A stretch of 18,466 nucleotides of DNA, from the NCBI GenBank assembly GCA_048938295.1, contig JBHLMI010000040.1, forward strand, positions 1 to 18,466, in the 5' to 3' direction. The stretch comes from Promethearchaeota archaeon. Lineage in GTDB: Archaea > Asgardarchaeota > Hermodarchaeia > Hermodarchaeales > Hermodarchaeaceae. The translations under genes and the position numbers were made by a program. This document shows positions 7,396 through 15,037 of this stretch, piece after piece (position 1 is the stretch's first letter; each line of letters starts with the position of its first letter). The notes beneath the pieces were generated by a model. The model did not search any database. It was given only the letters and a program-made list of their open reading frames with translations, and was not told the DNA's origin.

Positions 7396-8172
7396 ATGGG
7401 TAAAATCGTCACCGTACACAGTTTCAGAGGCGGTACCGGTAAAAGTAACCTAACAGCCAACCTTGCAACCTATGCGGCAATGAAAGGTCGAAGCGTTGGT
7501 GTCATGGATACTGATATTCAAAGCCCCGGATTACACGTCCTCTTTGGTCTGGGTGGAGAACGATTCAAATATACCCTGAATGATTATCTTCGAAAGAAAT
7601 GCACCATCGAAAAAGCCGCCATTGATCATACCAAAGCCATGAAATTACAATCTGGGAAGCTGCATGTCATCCCAGCAAGCCTCAACGCCGATGATATATC
7701 CACTATTATTCGCGAAGGGTATGAGGTAGCCGACCTTCGTCAAGGCTTTAAGCAAATTATGCAAGCCAAGCAGTTGGATTATCTCTTCATTGACACTCAC
7801 CCGGGTATGGATCAAGAAACCCTCTTGTCCATTGCAACGACAGACTTGTTGTTTGTTATCATGCGGCTTGACCAACAGGACTTTCTGGGCACCGCGATTA
7901 CCCTAGCCCTGGCGAAAAAGTTTGGGGTGCCGTCCACTTATATCGTGTGCAATAAAGTTCCTGGCATTTATGATTTTGATAAAGTGAAAAAAGACATCGA
8001 GCAAGAGTATGGCTTTGAAGTGGCCTCAGTCGTCCCACTTTTTACCCGGTTAATTGAGTTGGGAAGCCGGCAAATCCTGGTCCAGGTGAGTCCAAGTCAC
8101 CTATTTGCCCAGAACATCAATGAGCTTTTTAAACGATGTGAAGCGACGCTCAATAACTCGGTGAAACGCTAA
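7396..8172 (+). CDS. MinD/ParA-family (SIMIBI) ATPase
   Basis: ATG at 7396 gives MGKIVTVHSFRGGTGKSN; the ORF track starts at GTG 7372. Deviant Walker A RGGTGKS, switch I DTDIQSPGLHVLFG, Walker B FIDTHPG, and CNKV. Confidence 0.9.
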   Translation: MGKIVTVHSFRGGTGKSNLTANLATYAAMKGRSVGVMDTDIQSPGLHVLFGLGGERFKYTLNDYLRKKCTIEKAAIDHTKAMKLQSGKLHVIPASLNADDISTIIREGYEVADLRQGFKQIMQAKQLDYLFIDTHPGMDQETLLSIATTDLLFVIMRLDQQDFLGTAITLALAKKFGVPSTYIVCNKVPGIYDFDKVKKDIEQEYGFEVASVVPLFTRLIELGSRQILVQVSPSHLFAQNINELFKRCEATLNNSVKR

Positions 8173-8206
8173 AAGAGAAAAGAGGGGGACGCTGCAGAAA
8201 GCGTCC
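8171..8206 (-). terminator. Hairpin plus U-rich tract between convergent genes (probable terminator of the minus-strand protease gene)
   Basis: Perfect 7-bp stem GGACGCT (8187-8193) / AGCGTCC (8200-8206) with a 6-nt loop. On the minus strand it is followed by CCCTCTTTTCTCTTTT. Confidence 0.6.
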
Positions 8207-8218
8207 GGATTGTGTTTT

Positions 8219-10126
8219 CTAGCGTCGATGCCGTCGATATACGACTCCAAGACTGACTGCAAGGATTGCTCCTAATGCAATTGCCTCAAATGGGAATCCT
8301 GGAATTCCTGGCGGAAGGGGAGGCAACACGATTACGGTGATTTGGTGTGAACTACTGAGCCCTGAAACGTCGAAGACTGTGACATTGAGAAGATACGTGC
8401 CTGGGATGAGATTGGAAATTGTGGCATTCGTTACGGGAGCAATGATGGTTGTGAACAGTGAACCATTCAGATAGATGTCAGTTGAACTGTAACCTGAGCC
8501 AGTTTCAATCACTGACCAGGTTATATCGAAGGGGGGAAAGACTGCATCACCTGTGTTGGGAGCCGTAATGGTCACAGAAGGATTTGTAATGTCGATATTT
8601 ACCTGATAATGAGCTGCTTCTGAGCCGATATTTCCAACACTGTCTTTACTGACGACATGTAGATACCAAGTGCCATCTATTAGAGGAATTGTGGGGAGTG
8701 TCCCGTTTATGGTAGTATATGTTCCGGTTGTAGCGGTTGGAATGGTTGTTGGATTTTGATCTAGGATATAATAGTATCCAGCGATGCTATTCACGTCAAT
8801 GGGGATGCTCCAGTTGAATTGGGGATAGGGGTTGTTTGACCACTGGGAGGGATCAGGATGTGTGGTCGATGATATCGTAGGAGGAAGTGCAGTAACGTCA
8901 TGATGTGTGGTTAGGAATGGGTCTCCTATGATGTTCATTCCATAATACCATTCAATATAATAACTACCAGCTGTCGCTCCACCATTTATCCACCAGTTTT
9001 TGAAACCATCACCAAGTGTCTGATTTTGTCCCAATGGAGAATAGAAGTATTGACAGTCCATCATTCCACCAGTTTTTGATGAGCCAATTGCACCAAGACC
9101 GTAGCTGCCACTAAATACGTAAGTGACAGCGATATTGTCAGAAATGGTCCATTCAGCACCATGACAGCAAAACAGATTGTAGAAGTTGAATGCAGGAGGA
9201 ACGGCTCTAACTTGGGCAGAGGTTATACTCACTGTTGGAGTATGGAATTGATGAGAGGTGGCAGTACTGTGTGCGCAAAGATGAGCCCATTTGTAATCTA
9301 GTGCAATCCTGTTTAGCCAATCTGCAGCCGTTGTTGAGGCGTTAGCATTTACTAGTGTTCGAGTGGAGAATGCGTTACCTACATCACCGTCCCAAAGGGT
9401 GCTCCAATAGTTTGACCAATCATCATCGACGTAGACTAGGGCACGATGTTGTCGCAGAAGGCTGCCAATTCGGTAACTGTGAGCACGAGCCAAATACGTG
9501 TTGATATGATTCGCGGTTCCGGTGCCCCAAGTTAAGCAAGTAGGATCGATTCGACCAACATAGATCTCTGGATCTGTATCAGCACCGGCTGATGCATTAT
9601 GCACATCGTAAGCACCAGTTGGTGTTGTAGTATCATACCAATTACCATCGAGATCCATAAGATACAGGTCACAGATGAATCTTTCAGAAGAAAATTGTCC
9701 CGATGCTGGATGGTAAAATTCTGCATAGGGGAGCCGACCAATTAGAACTGCCCCTTTGAAATTAGAATGGGTATTGTACCACGAAGTTAGATTGCTTTTA
9801 AGTTCTTGAACGGTGTTGAGTGTTTGAGTATAGAGAATCGTGTTATATCCTGTATTATTGAGGTCCGCTCGATATTGCGTTACTGCAGAAGATACACTGG
9901 AGTATAGGGTGTTCTGCACAATAATCGCCACGGTTTCTGATGGTGGTGGAATCGGCAGTATTGGGTCAGATAATGCTGAACTCTGGAGCTCCATTGGAGA
10001 AATGATGAGTGAGTTACTGGGCTGAATCTGTTCTGATGAGGCAGAAGGTATAATATTAGCCAGAAAGAGAATAATAACAAATATTCCGAAGATAAGAGCT
10101 GCTTTTCTCATGATTTCTGCTTCCAT
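8219..10126 (-). CDS. Secreted, surface-anchored gingipain-like cysteine peptidase (family C25-like) with Ig-like domains and PGF-type C-terminal anchor
   Basis: 635 aa; start is 10126 or the Met of MRKAAL. Signal peptide; C25-like motifs GAVLIGRLPY, CDLYLMDLDG, PEIYVGRIDP, putative catalytic His (CAHS) and Cys (NLFCCHG), and IIGDPFL. Thr/Pro-rich beta-rich domains follow (ITNPSVTITAP, GTYLLNVTVFD). Ends IPGFPF-TM helix-YRRHRR. Confidence 0.8.
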   Translation of the reverse strand: MEAEIMRKAALIFGIFVIILFLANIIPSASSEQIQPSNSLIISPMELQSSALSDPILPIPPPSETVAIIVQNTLYSSVSSAVTQYRADLNNTGYNTILYTQTLNTVQELKSNLTSWYNTHSNFKGAVLIGRLPYAEFYHPASGQFSSERFICDLYLMDLDGNWYDTTTPTGAYDVHNASAGADTDPEIYVGRIDPTCLTWGTGTANHINTYLARAHSYRIGSLLRQHRALVYVDDDWSNYWSTLWDGDVGNAFSTRTLVNANASTTAADWLNRIALDYKWAHLCAHSTATSHQFHTPTVSITSAQVRAVPPAFNFYNLFCCHGAEWTISDNIAVTYVFSGSYGLGAIGSSKTGGMMDCQYFYSPLGQNQTLGDGFKNWWINGGATAGSYYIEWYYGMNIIGDPFLTTHHDVTALPPTISSTTHPDPSQWSNNPYPQFNWSIPIDVNSIAGYYYILDQNPTTIPTATTGTYTTINGTLPTIPLIDGTWYLHVVSKDSVGNIGSEAAHYQVNIDITNPSVTITAPNTGDAVFPPFDITWSVIETGSGYSSTDIYLNGSLFTTIIAPVTNATISNLIPGTYLLNVTVFDVSGLSSSHQITVIVLPPLPPGIPGFPFEAIALGAILAVSLGVVYRRHRR

Positions 10127-10245
10127 TGCAAGACTAGCTAAGAAGTATTAAAACGCCTTAGCTGGAAACCTGGCATACACTCAGGAATGTGACTTTAAGT
10201 AGGTTTGTCTAGACTGAATGATTAGAAAACCTAGTTTGCGTGAAT

Positions 10246-11202
10246 CTAAACTTCGACCCCAAGATCGAAGGCCCGAACGAGTTCTTTGTACCGGTTGCGT
10301 ACGGTGACCTCGGTGACTCCAGCAACTTCGCTAATTTCGCGTTGGGTTCGGCGTTCACCTTCCAGAATCGAAGCAATATAAATGGCTGCAGCGGCGATGC
10401 AAGTGGGGTCCTTGCCTGAGGTGATGCCCTTGGTCCGGGCTTTCATGAGAATATCAAGGGCTCGGGCATGGGTGCGTTGGGAGAGTTTGAGGGCATTGGT
10501 ATAACGTGAAACGAAATCCTCTGGTTGGGTGATGGGCATTTGGAGTCCCAGTCGTCGGACAATGAGTCGATACGATCTGCCTAGTTCCTTGCGTCCAACC
10601 CGTGTATATCGTCCGACATCGGCTAAGGTTCGAGGGAAGCTAGTGAAACGACAAGCCGCATAGACACACGCCGCAACAATGGCTTCGATGCTGCGTCCAC
10701 GAATGAGGTTCTTATCTAGAGCTCGTCTATATAGAAGAGCAGCAGACTGCCGGACTCGTTGAGGCAGGTCCAATTGCCCAGATAAGCGATCAAGTTCACT
10801 CATGGCACTAGCGAGGTTCCGTTCACTGGCTTGGTAGACTCGGCTGCGGTTGTGCCATTTACGGATACGTTGCATTTCCGCTCGTCGATGGGCATCGAGC
10901 TTATGTCCTCGCGCATCCACATCTCGCCAATCGATGGTTGTGGAGAGTCCACGGTCGTGCATGGTGAGTGTAGAAGGAGGTCCAGCACGGGCTCGTTTAT
11001 CGCGTTCTTCGGGCGAGAATTCACGCCATTCGGCTCCAAAATCGAGAACATCATCGCTAATTACAAGGCCACAATTGGAGCAGACAAGTTCACGTGAAGA
11101 TGTCATAATAAGGTGGTTGCTTCCGCAGTTAGGGCAGGTTTGTGGTTCGTCCTCTGAAGGGGTTTTATCTGGTTGAGCCTTCCGTCGATTGTTTTCTGAC
11201 AT
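10246..11202 (-). CDS. tfb: Archaeal transcription initiation factor IIB
   Basis: Likely start is ATG 11202 (MSENNRRK); the ORF track extends to GTG 11262. Zn ribbon CPNC...CSNCG, B-reader GAEWREF...RARAG, STTIDW, two cyclin repeats (LIRGRSIEAIVAACVYAACR; GKDPTCIAAAAIY), and the BRE-binding HTH TQREISEVAGVTEVTVRNRYKEL. Confidence 0.97.
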   Translation of the reverse strand: MSENNRRKAQPDKTPSEDEPQTCPNCGSNHLIMTSSRELVCSNCGLVISDDVLDFGAEWREFSPEERDKRARAGPPSTLTMHDRGLSTTIDWRDVDARGHKLDAHRRAEMQRIRKWHNRSRVYQASERNLASAMSELDRLSGQLDLPQRVRQSAALLYRRALDKNLIRGRSIEAIVAACVYAACRFTSFPRTLADVGRYTRVGRKELGRSYRLIVRRLGLQMPITQPEDFVSRYTNALKLSQRTHARALDILMKARTKGITSGKDPTCIAAAAIYIASILEGERRTQREISEVAGVTEVTVRNRYKELVRAFDLGVEV

Positions 11203-11282
11203 AGGTATCGGATCCGAACCCATCCTATCCGGCACGCACGTGGGGAAAGACGCGTTCCCCACCCAAACAGTGGATATTTGTC

Positions 11283-11289
11283 ATTTAAA
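11283..11289 (-). promoter_or_regulatory. Putative TATA box for tfb
   Basis: TTTAAAT on the minus strand. Typical archaeal spacing would place the TSS near 11260, about 60 nt upstream of the ATG at 11202. Confidence 0.45.
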
Positions 11290-11407
11290 GATGCTGCCTT
11301 AGGCATGGAAGGTTCTTTCCACCTGTAGCAAACGAAAATAAACAAGCGAATGCTAGTATTGGTTCAAAATGCCTTGATAGAATCAAAAAAATTGAGGAAC
11401 AGAGTGA

Positions 11408-12448
11408 ATGCCTTCACTTACTCCATTCCAACGTGTTATGATGCTACTTCGTGGTAAGCTCCCGGATCGTGTTCCTGTTATCCCCCAAATCACCTATACG
11501 ACCGCTCAGATAACTGGAGTGGGTCTAGTTGAAGCTCTAAATAGCCCTGAAAAGACTGCAGAAGCGCTTTTAGCTGGGCAACGTGAACTTGGATATGATG
11601 CTATCTATGTTGGATGGGAAAGTTCGTTTAATTTGTTAGCTGAGGCGATGGGATGTACGATGCGATTCCCGGAAGATTCAGTTCCACAAGTGGCGGATCA
11701 TATCATCAAGTCACCTAGCGATATCGATAAGGTGGCGATTCCAGACCCCCATCGCTCTGGGCGGTTACCGCTCCACATGGAAATGGTGAAACTTGTCAAA
11801 GATGAGGTCCAAGGTGATGTGCCTCTTTTTGCCTACACTCCGGGTCCATTCACCTTGGCTGGACAGCTTGCTGGTGTCAATGCTTTAATGGTAGCGACGA
11901 TTCTCAATCCCGAATTTATCCGCACCCTCCTCAGTCTGACCACAAAAGCTTCCATGCGGTATGCCCTGGCCAATGTTGAAGCAGGTGTTAATGTCATTGT
12001 AACAGCAGATCCTACGGCTAGCGGTAGCCTCATCAGTCCAAAGACATTTGCAACCTTTGCAGCCCCGCATCTTGCTCAAGTCGCTAAGGCAGTTACCCGG
12101 GCAGGAAGTATTGCCTCTCTGCATATTTGCGGAAAAACAACTTCGATATTAGACCAGATGGCAAGTACAGGAGTAAGAATATTGGAACTCGATCACCTTG
12201 TGGATATACGCGAGGCACAACAGCTCATCGGACAGCAGGTGATTCTAATGGGAAACTTGAATCCAACTGAACTTCTCTTGAATGGAACACCAGCTGAGGT
12301 AGAGGCCGCGGCAAAGTGGTGCATTGAAACCGTAGGTTTAGATGGACATTATATTCTCAGCAGCGGCTGTGAGGTGCCACCGTTAACCCCACTTAATAAT
12401 ATCCGGGCAATGGTAGCAGCAGCAGAAAAATATGGACGATTCAGCTAG
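11408..12448 (+). CDS. MtaA/CmuA-family (URO-D fold) methylcobalamin:thiol methyltransferase (MT2)
   Basis: 346 aa. PDRVPVIP N-terminus, AEAMG, GPFTLAGQL, DPTASGSLISP, zinc-ligand motif LHICG, C-terminal SSGCEVP, and LMGNLNP. Confidence 0.88.
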   Translation: MPSLTPFQRVMMLLRGKLPDRVPVIPQITYTTAQITGVGLVEALNSPEKTAEALLAGQRELGYDAIYVGWESSFNLLAEAMGCTMRFPEDSVPQVADHIIKSPSDIDKVAIPDPHRSGRLPLHMEMVKLVKDEVQGDVPLFAYTPGPFTLAGQLAGVNALMVATILNPEFIRTLLSLTTKASMRYALANVEAGVNVIVTADPTASGSLISPKTFATFAAPHLAQVAKAVTRAGSIASLHICGKTTSILDQMASTGVRILELDHLVDIREAQQLIGQQVILMGNLNPTELLLNGTPAEVEAAAKWCIETVGLDGHYILSSGCEVPPLTPLNNIRAMVAAAEKYGRFS

Positions 12449-13237
12449 TTAGTCTGTATGAATAGGCGATGTCAGATCCACGGGAATGGACTGATCAATG
12501 ATGATCTCGTGGCCTGATTCGTCAAAGCGTGTAGTCCAAGCGTAGGCTTCAACTCCATGGTTGACGGCTTCACGTAAAATAATTCCAAACTCCGGATCGA
12601 CAGGGTCATTCGGTCGCAGTCTCGCTGCATCTGTGCGCTGGACAATAAATACTATAGCTGCGCGATACCCCTCATCAATAGCTTGCATAAGCTCCCGAAG
12701 ATGGCGTTGTCCACGGTCGGTGGGGACGCGGGGAAATAAGCCGATATTGTTCACAGCATCGGTCGAAGATTTTGCCTCAATGTAGCATGGAGAGATGCCC
12801 TCTGAGCGAAGAAGAAAGTCGAGACGACCCTCACGGTATTGGGGTTCGGCGATGCATTCACTATACTGTGAAAATGGAGTTAGTTGACCTTGGGGAAGCG
12901 CTTCGGCTAGAATCCAGTTAGGAACGCGGCAATCAAGAGAGAGCAGAACCCCTTTGCTACGTGAACAGACTAAATCGTAATCGGTTTTCCTGTGAACGCC
13001 TGGGCTGTATCGAAGCAGGACCTCGACCCCCGGAAAGAGTAAATCAGGCATAGGCCCTGGATTGGGGATATAAGCTTGAACACGTTTTCCGTTGAGTTGG
13101 CAAATCGTGAGAAACCGATTGGGGCGTTCGAGAAAATTTCCGTAATAGAAGGGTCCTTGTAGTTTCACAGAGAGGGCTCCTGTTAATCTTCTCTCTTTGC
13201 CCTGTTTTGCCCCTTTATGATTCTTCGCCTCGTGCAT
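12449..13237 (-). CDS. sfsA: Sugar fermentation stimulation protein A (OB fold + PD-(D/E)xK nuclease-like)
   Basis: 262 aa. FLERPNRF, AYIPNPGPM, RLDFLL, YIEAKS, FPRVPTDRGQRHLREL, and FIVQRTDA...DPEF are SfsA signatures. Confidence 0.93.
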   Translation of the reverse strand: MHEAKNHKGAKQGKERRLTGALSVKLQGPFYYGNFLERPNRFLTICQLNGKRVQAYIPNPGPMPDLLFPGVEVLLRYSPGVHRKTDYDLVCSRSKGVLLSLDCRVPNWILAEALPQGQLTPFSQYSECIAEPQYREGRLDFLLRSEGISPCYIEAKSSTDAVNNIGLFPRVPTDRGQRHLRELMQAIDEGYRAAIVFIVQRTDAARLRPNDPVDPEFGIILREAVNHGVEAYAWTTRFDESGHEIIIDQSIPVDLTSPIHTD

Positions 13238-13254
13238 CCCACGAAGCTGTATGC

Positions 13255-13261
13255 TTATATA
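13255..13261. promoter_or_regulatory. Putative shared TATA element (TTATATA) between divergent sfsA and the cysK-like cluster
   Basis: This is the only clearly TATA-like sequence in the 68-bp gap 13238-13305, and it reads TATATAA on the minus strand. An AGGAG SD at 13292-13296 precedes the ATG at 13306. Confidence 0.4.
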
Positions 13262-13305
13262 CGGGCTAGTCCATGCTGCGACTGATTTGTTAGGAGTTGT
13301 TTATT

Positions 13306-14352
13306 ATGTCCTTAGACTGGGAAAAATACAAGCAGGTCCAAGAGAATGTCTTTGACCTCATTGGGCTAACGCCCTTGTTGCGCTTACCAAAGATTAGCGA
13401 GAAAGCCGGAGTCAATATCCTAGGAAAGATCGAATGGTATTCTCCCACAGGTAGTTTGAAAGACCGTATTTACTACAAGATGGTCCACGAAGCCATTGAC
13501 CGTGGTGACTTAAAACCAGGCATGGAAATCATCGAGTCGTCAACCGGAAATGCTGGTATTGCCTGTTCCTTTGTTGGTCGAATGTTGAACTACCCAGTGA
13601 CCATTATCATGCCTGAAGGGATGAGTCAAGAACGCCGAAAACTCATGGCCGCGTATGGCGCTAAGATTACCTTCACACCAGGTGGTGAATCCGATGTGGA
13701 CTTGTGTCTGAAAAAAGCGAAGCAGCTTAAGGAGCAGAATCCAGGAAAATATTGGGAACCAGCACAGTTCAGTAACCCAGATAACCCTCTCGCCCATTAT
13801 GAAATGACAGGGCAGGAAATATGGGAGCAGACCACTGGAAAAGTGGATGCATTCATCGCTAGCCAAGGTACTGGGGGAACAATTACAGGCGTGGGTCGAT
13901 TTTTGCGGGAGAAGAATCCGAAGGTGAAACTCTATGCTATTGAGCCCACAGAAGCGCCCCTACTCGCACATCGAAAATGGGGATCTCACCGCATTGAAGG
14001 TATTGGTGATGGGTTTGTGCCAGTAAATCTCGATTTGAGCATGCTAGACGGAATCATTACTACCACTTCTGACGAAGCTTTGGAAATGGCCCAATGGCTC
14101 AGTCGTGAAGAAGGACTCTTTTGTGGAATCTCATCAGGGTGCAATGTTGCTGCAGCTCTAAAGCTAGCCAAGCGACACCCTGAACTCAAGACGATTGTGA
14201 CCATGATTAACGACAGTGGACAACGCTACTTCAGCACTCCGTTGTGCGGTGAACCAAAAGTTCTGGATATCCCAGACAGGGAACATCCTATGGATACACG
14301 AACCAAAACCGAACTTGACAAATACCAGCATAGTTGGGAAATCATTGAGTAA
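13306..14352 (+). CDS. PLP-dependent cysteine synthase family enzyme (fold type II, CysK/CysM-like)
   Basis: Likely start is ATG 13306 with AGGAG SD. IGLTPLLRL, PLP lysine motif PTGSLKDRI, substrate loop ESSTGNAG, QFSNPDN, phosphate loop GTGGTITG, IEGIG, EGLFCGISSG, and DSGQRYFST. Confidence 0.9.
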   Translation: MSLDWEKYKQVQENVFDLIGLTPLLRLPKISEKAGVNILGKIEWYSPTGSLKDRIYYKMVHEAIDRGDLKPGMEIIESSTGNAGIACSFVGRMLNYPVTIIMPEGMSQERRKLMAAYGAKITFTPGGESDVDLCLKKAKQLKEQNPGKYWEPAQFSNPDNPLAHYEMTGQEIWEQTTGKVDAFIASQGTGGTITGVGRFLREKNPKVKLYAIEPTEAPLLAHRKWGSHRIEGIGDGFVPVNLDLSMLDGIITTTSDEALEMAQWLSREEGLFCGISSGCNVAAALKLAKRHPELKTIVTMINDSGQRYFSTPLCGEPKVLDIPDREHPMDTRTKTELDKYQHSWEIIE

Positions 14353-14386
14353 CACAATAGTACCAGTGAGATAAGGTGCATACTGA

Positions 14387-15037
14387 ATGGGAAATGAAAT
14401 TGTTGATGAAATTCGTGAAGAGATGATTAATTGTCAGACTGAACGAGTTCTCGACCTTGTTCCGAAGGCCATTGACCAAGGAATTGATGCAACTATTATT
14501 ATCAACAAAGGACTTACGGCAGGTATTCGAGTGTTAGGTGATCGATTTGAAAAAGGCGAAGCCTACTTGCCAGAACTCGCAGTGGCAGCAGAAACGATGA
14601 AACAGGCCCTCGAATTCCTTGAACCTCATCTGGTCAAGTCTCAAGACGAGGACGCCCTGGGAACCATCGTGATAGGAACGGTGCAAGGGGATATCCATGA
14701 GATTGGAAAATCAATTGTGGCAACTATGCTCACGGTGGCTGGATTTACCGTTTATGATTTAGGTGTCGAGGTGACACCGGCTCAGTTCGTCTCCAAAGCC
14801 AGGGAAGTGAACGCCGATATTATTGCGATGTCTGCGTTATTGACCACGACCATGGACCGGATGCAAGAAACCATCGAGCTATTAAAAATGGAGAAGCTTG
14901 ATCAACGGATAAAAATCATGGTGGGTGGAGCACCAGTCAGCCAAGATTTCGCAGACAAGATCGGTGCTGATGGTTACGGTGTTGACTTTAATCAGGCAGT
15001 GAAAATCGCGAAACAGCTGACAGGCAAGACAGAATGA
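14387..15037 (+). CDS. Methyltransferase cognate corrinoid protein (MtbC/MttC/MtgC-like)
   Basis: 216 aa. N-terminal cap (GDRFEKGEAYLPEL), cobalamin-binding DxHxxG motif GDIHEIGKSIV, DLGVEV, MSALLTTTM, and MVGGAPV. Confidence 0.95.
   Translation: MGNEIVDEIREEMINCQTERVLDLVPKAIDQGIDATIIINKGLTAGIRVLGDRFEKGEAYLPELAVAAETMKQALEFLEPHLVKSQDEDALGTIVIGTVQGDIHEIGKSIVATMLTVAGFTVYDLGVEVTPAQFVSKAREVNADIIAMSALLTTTMDRMQETIELLKMEKLDQRIKIMVGGAPVSQDFADKIGADGYGVDFNQAVKIAKQLTGKTE

Noticed and set aside
11408-12448. Annotating the gene as uroporphyrinogen decarboxylase (hemE)
   Set aside because: It lacks the HemE N-terminal RQAGR motif and has the HxC...C zinc-ligand set of MtaA/CmuA methyltransferases.
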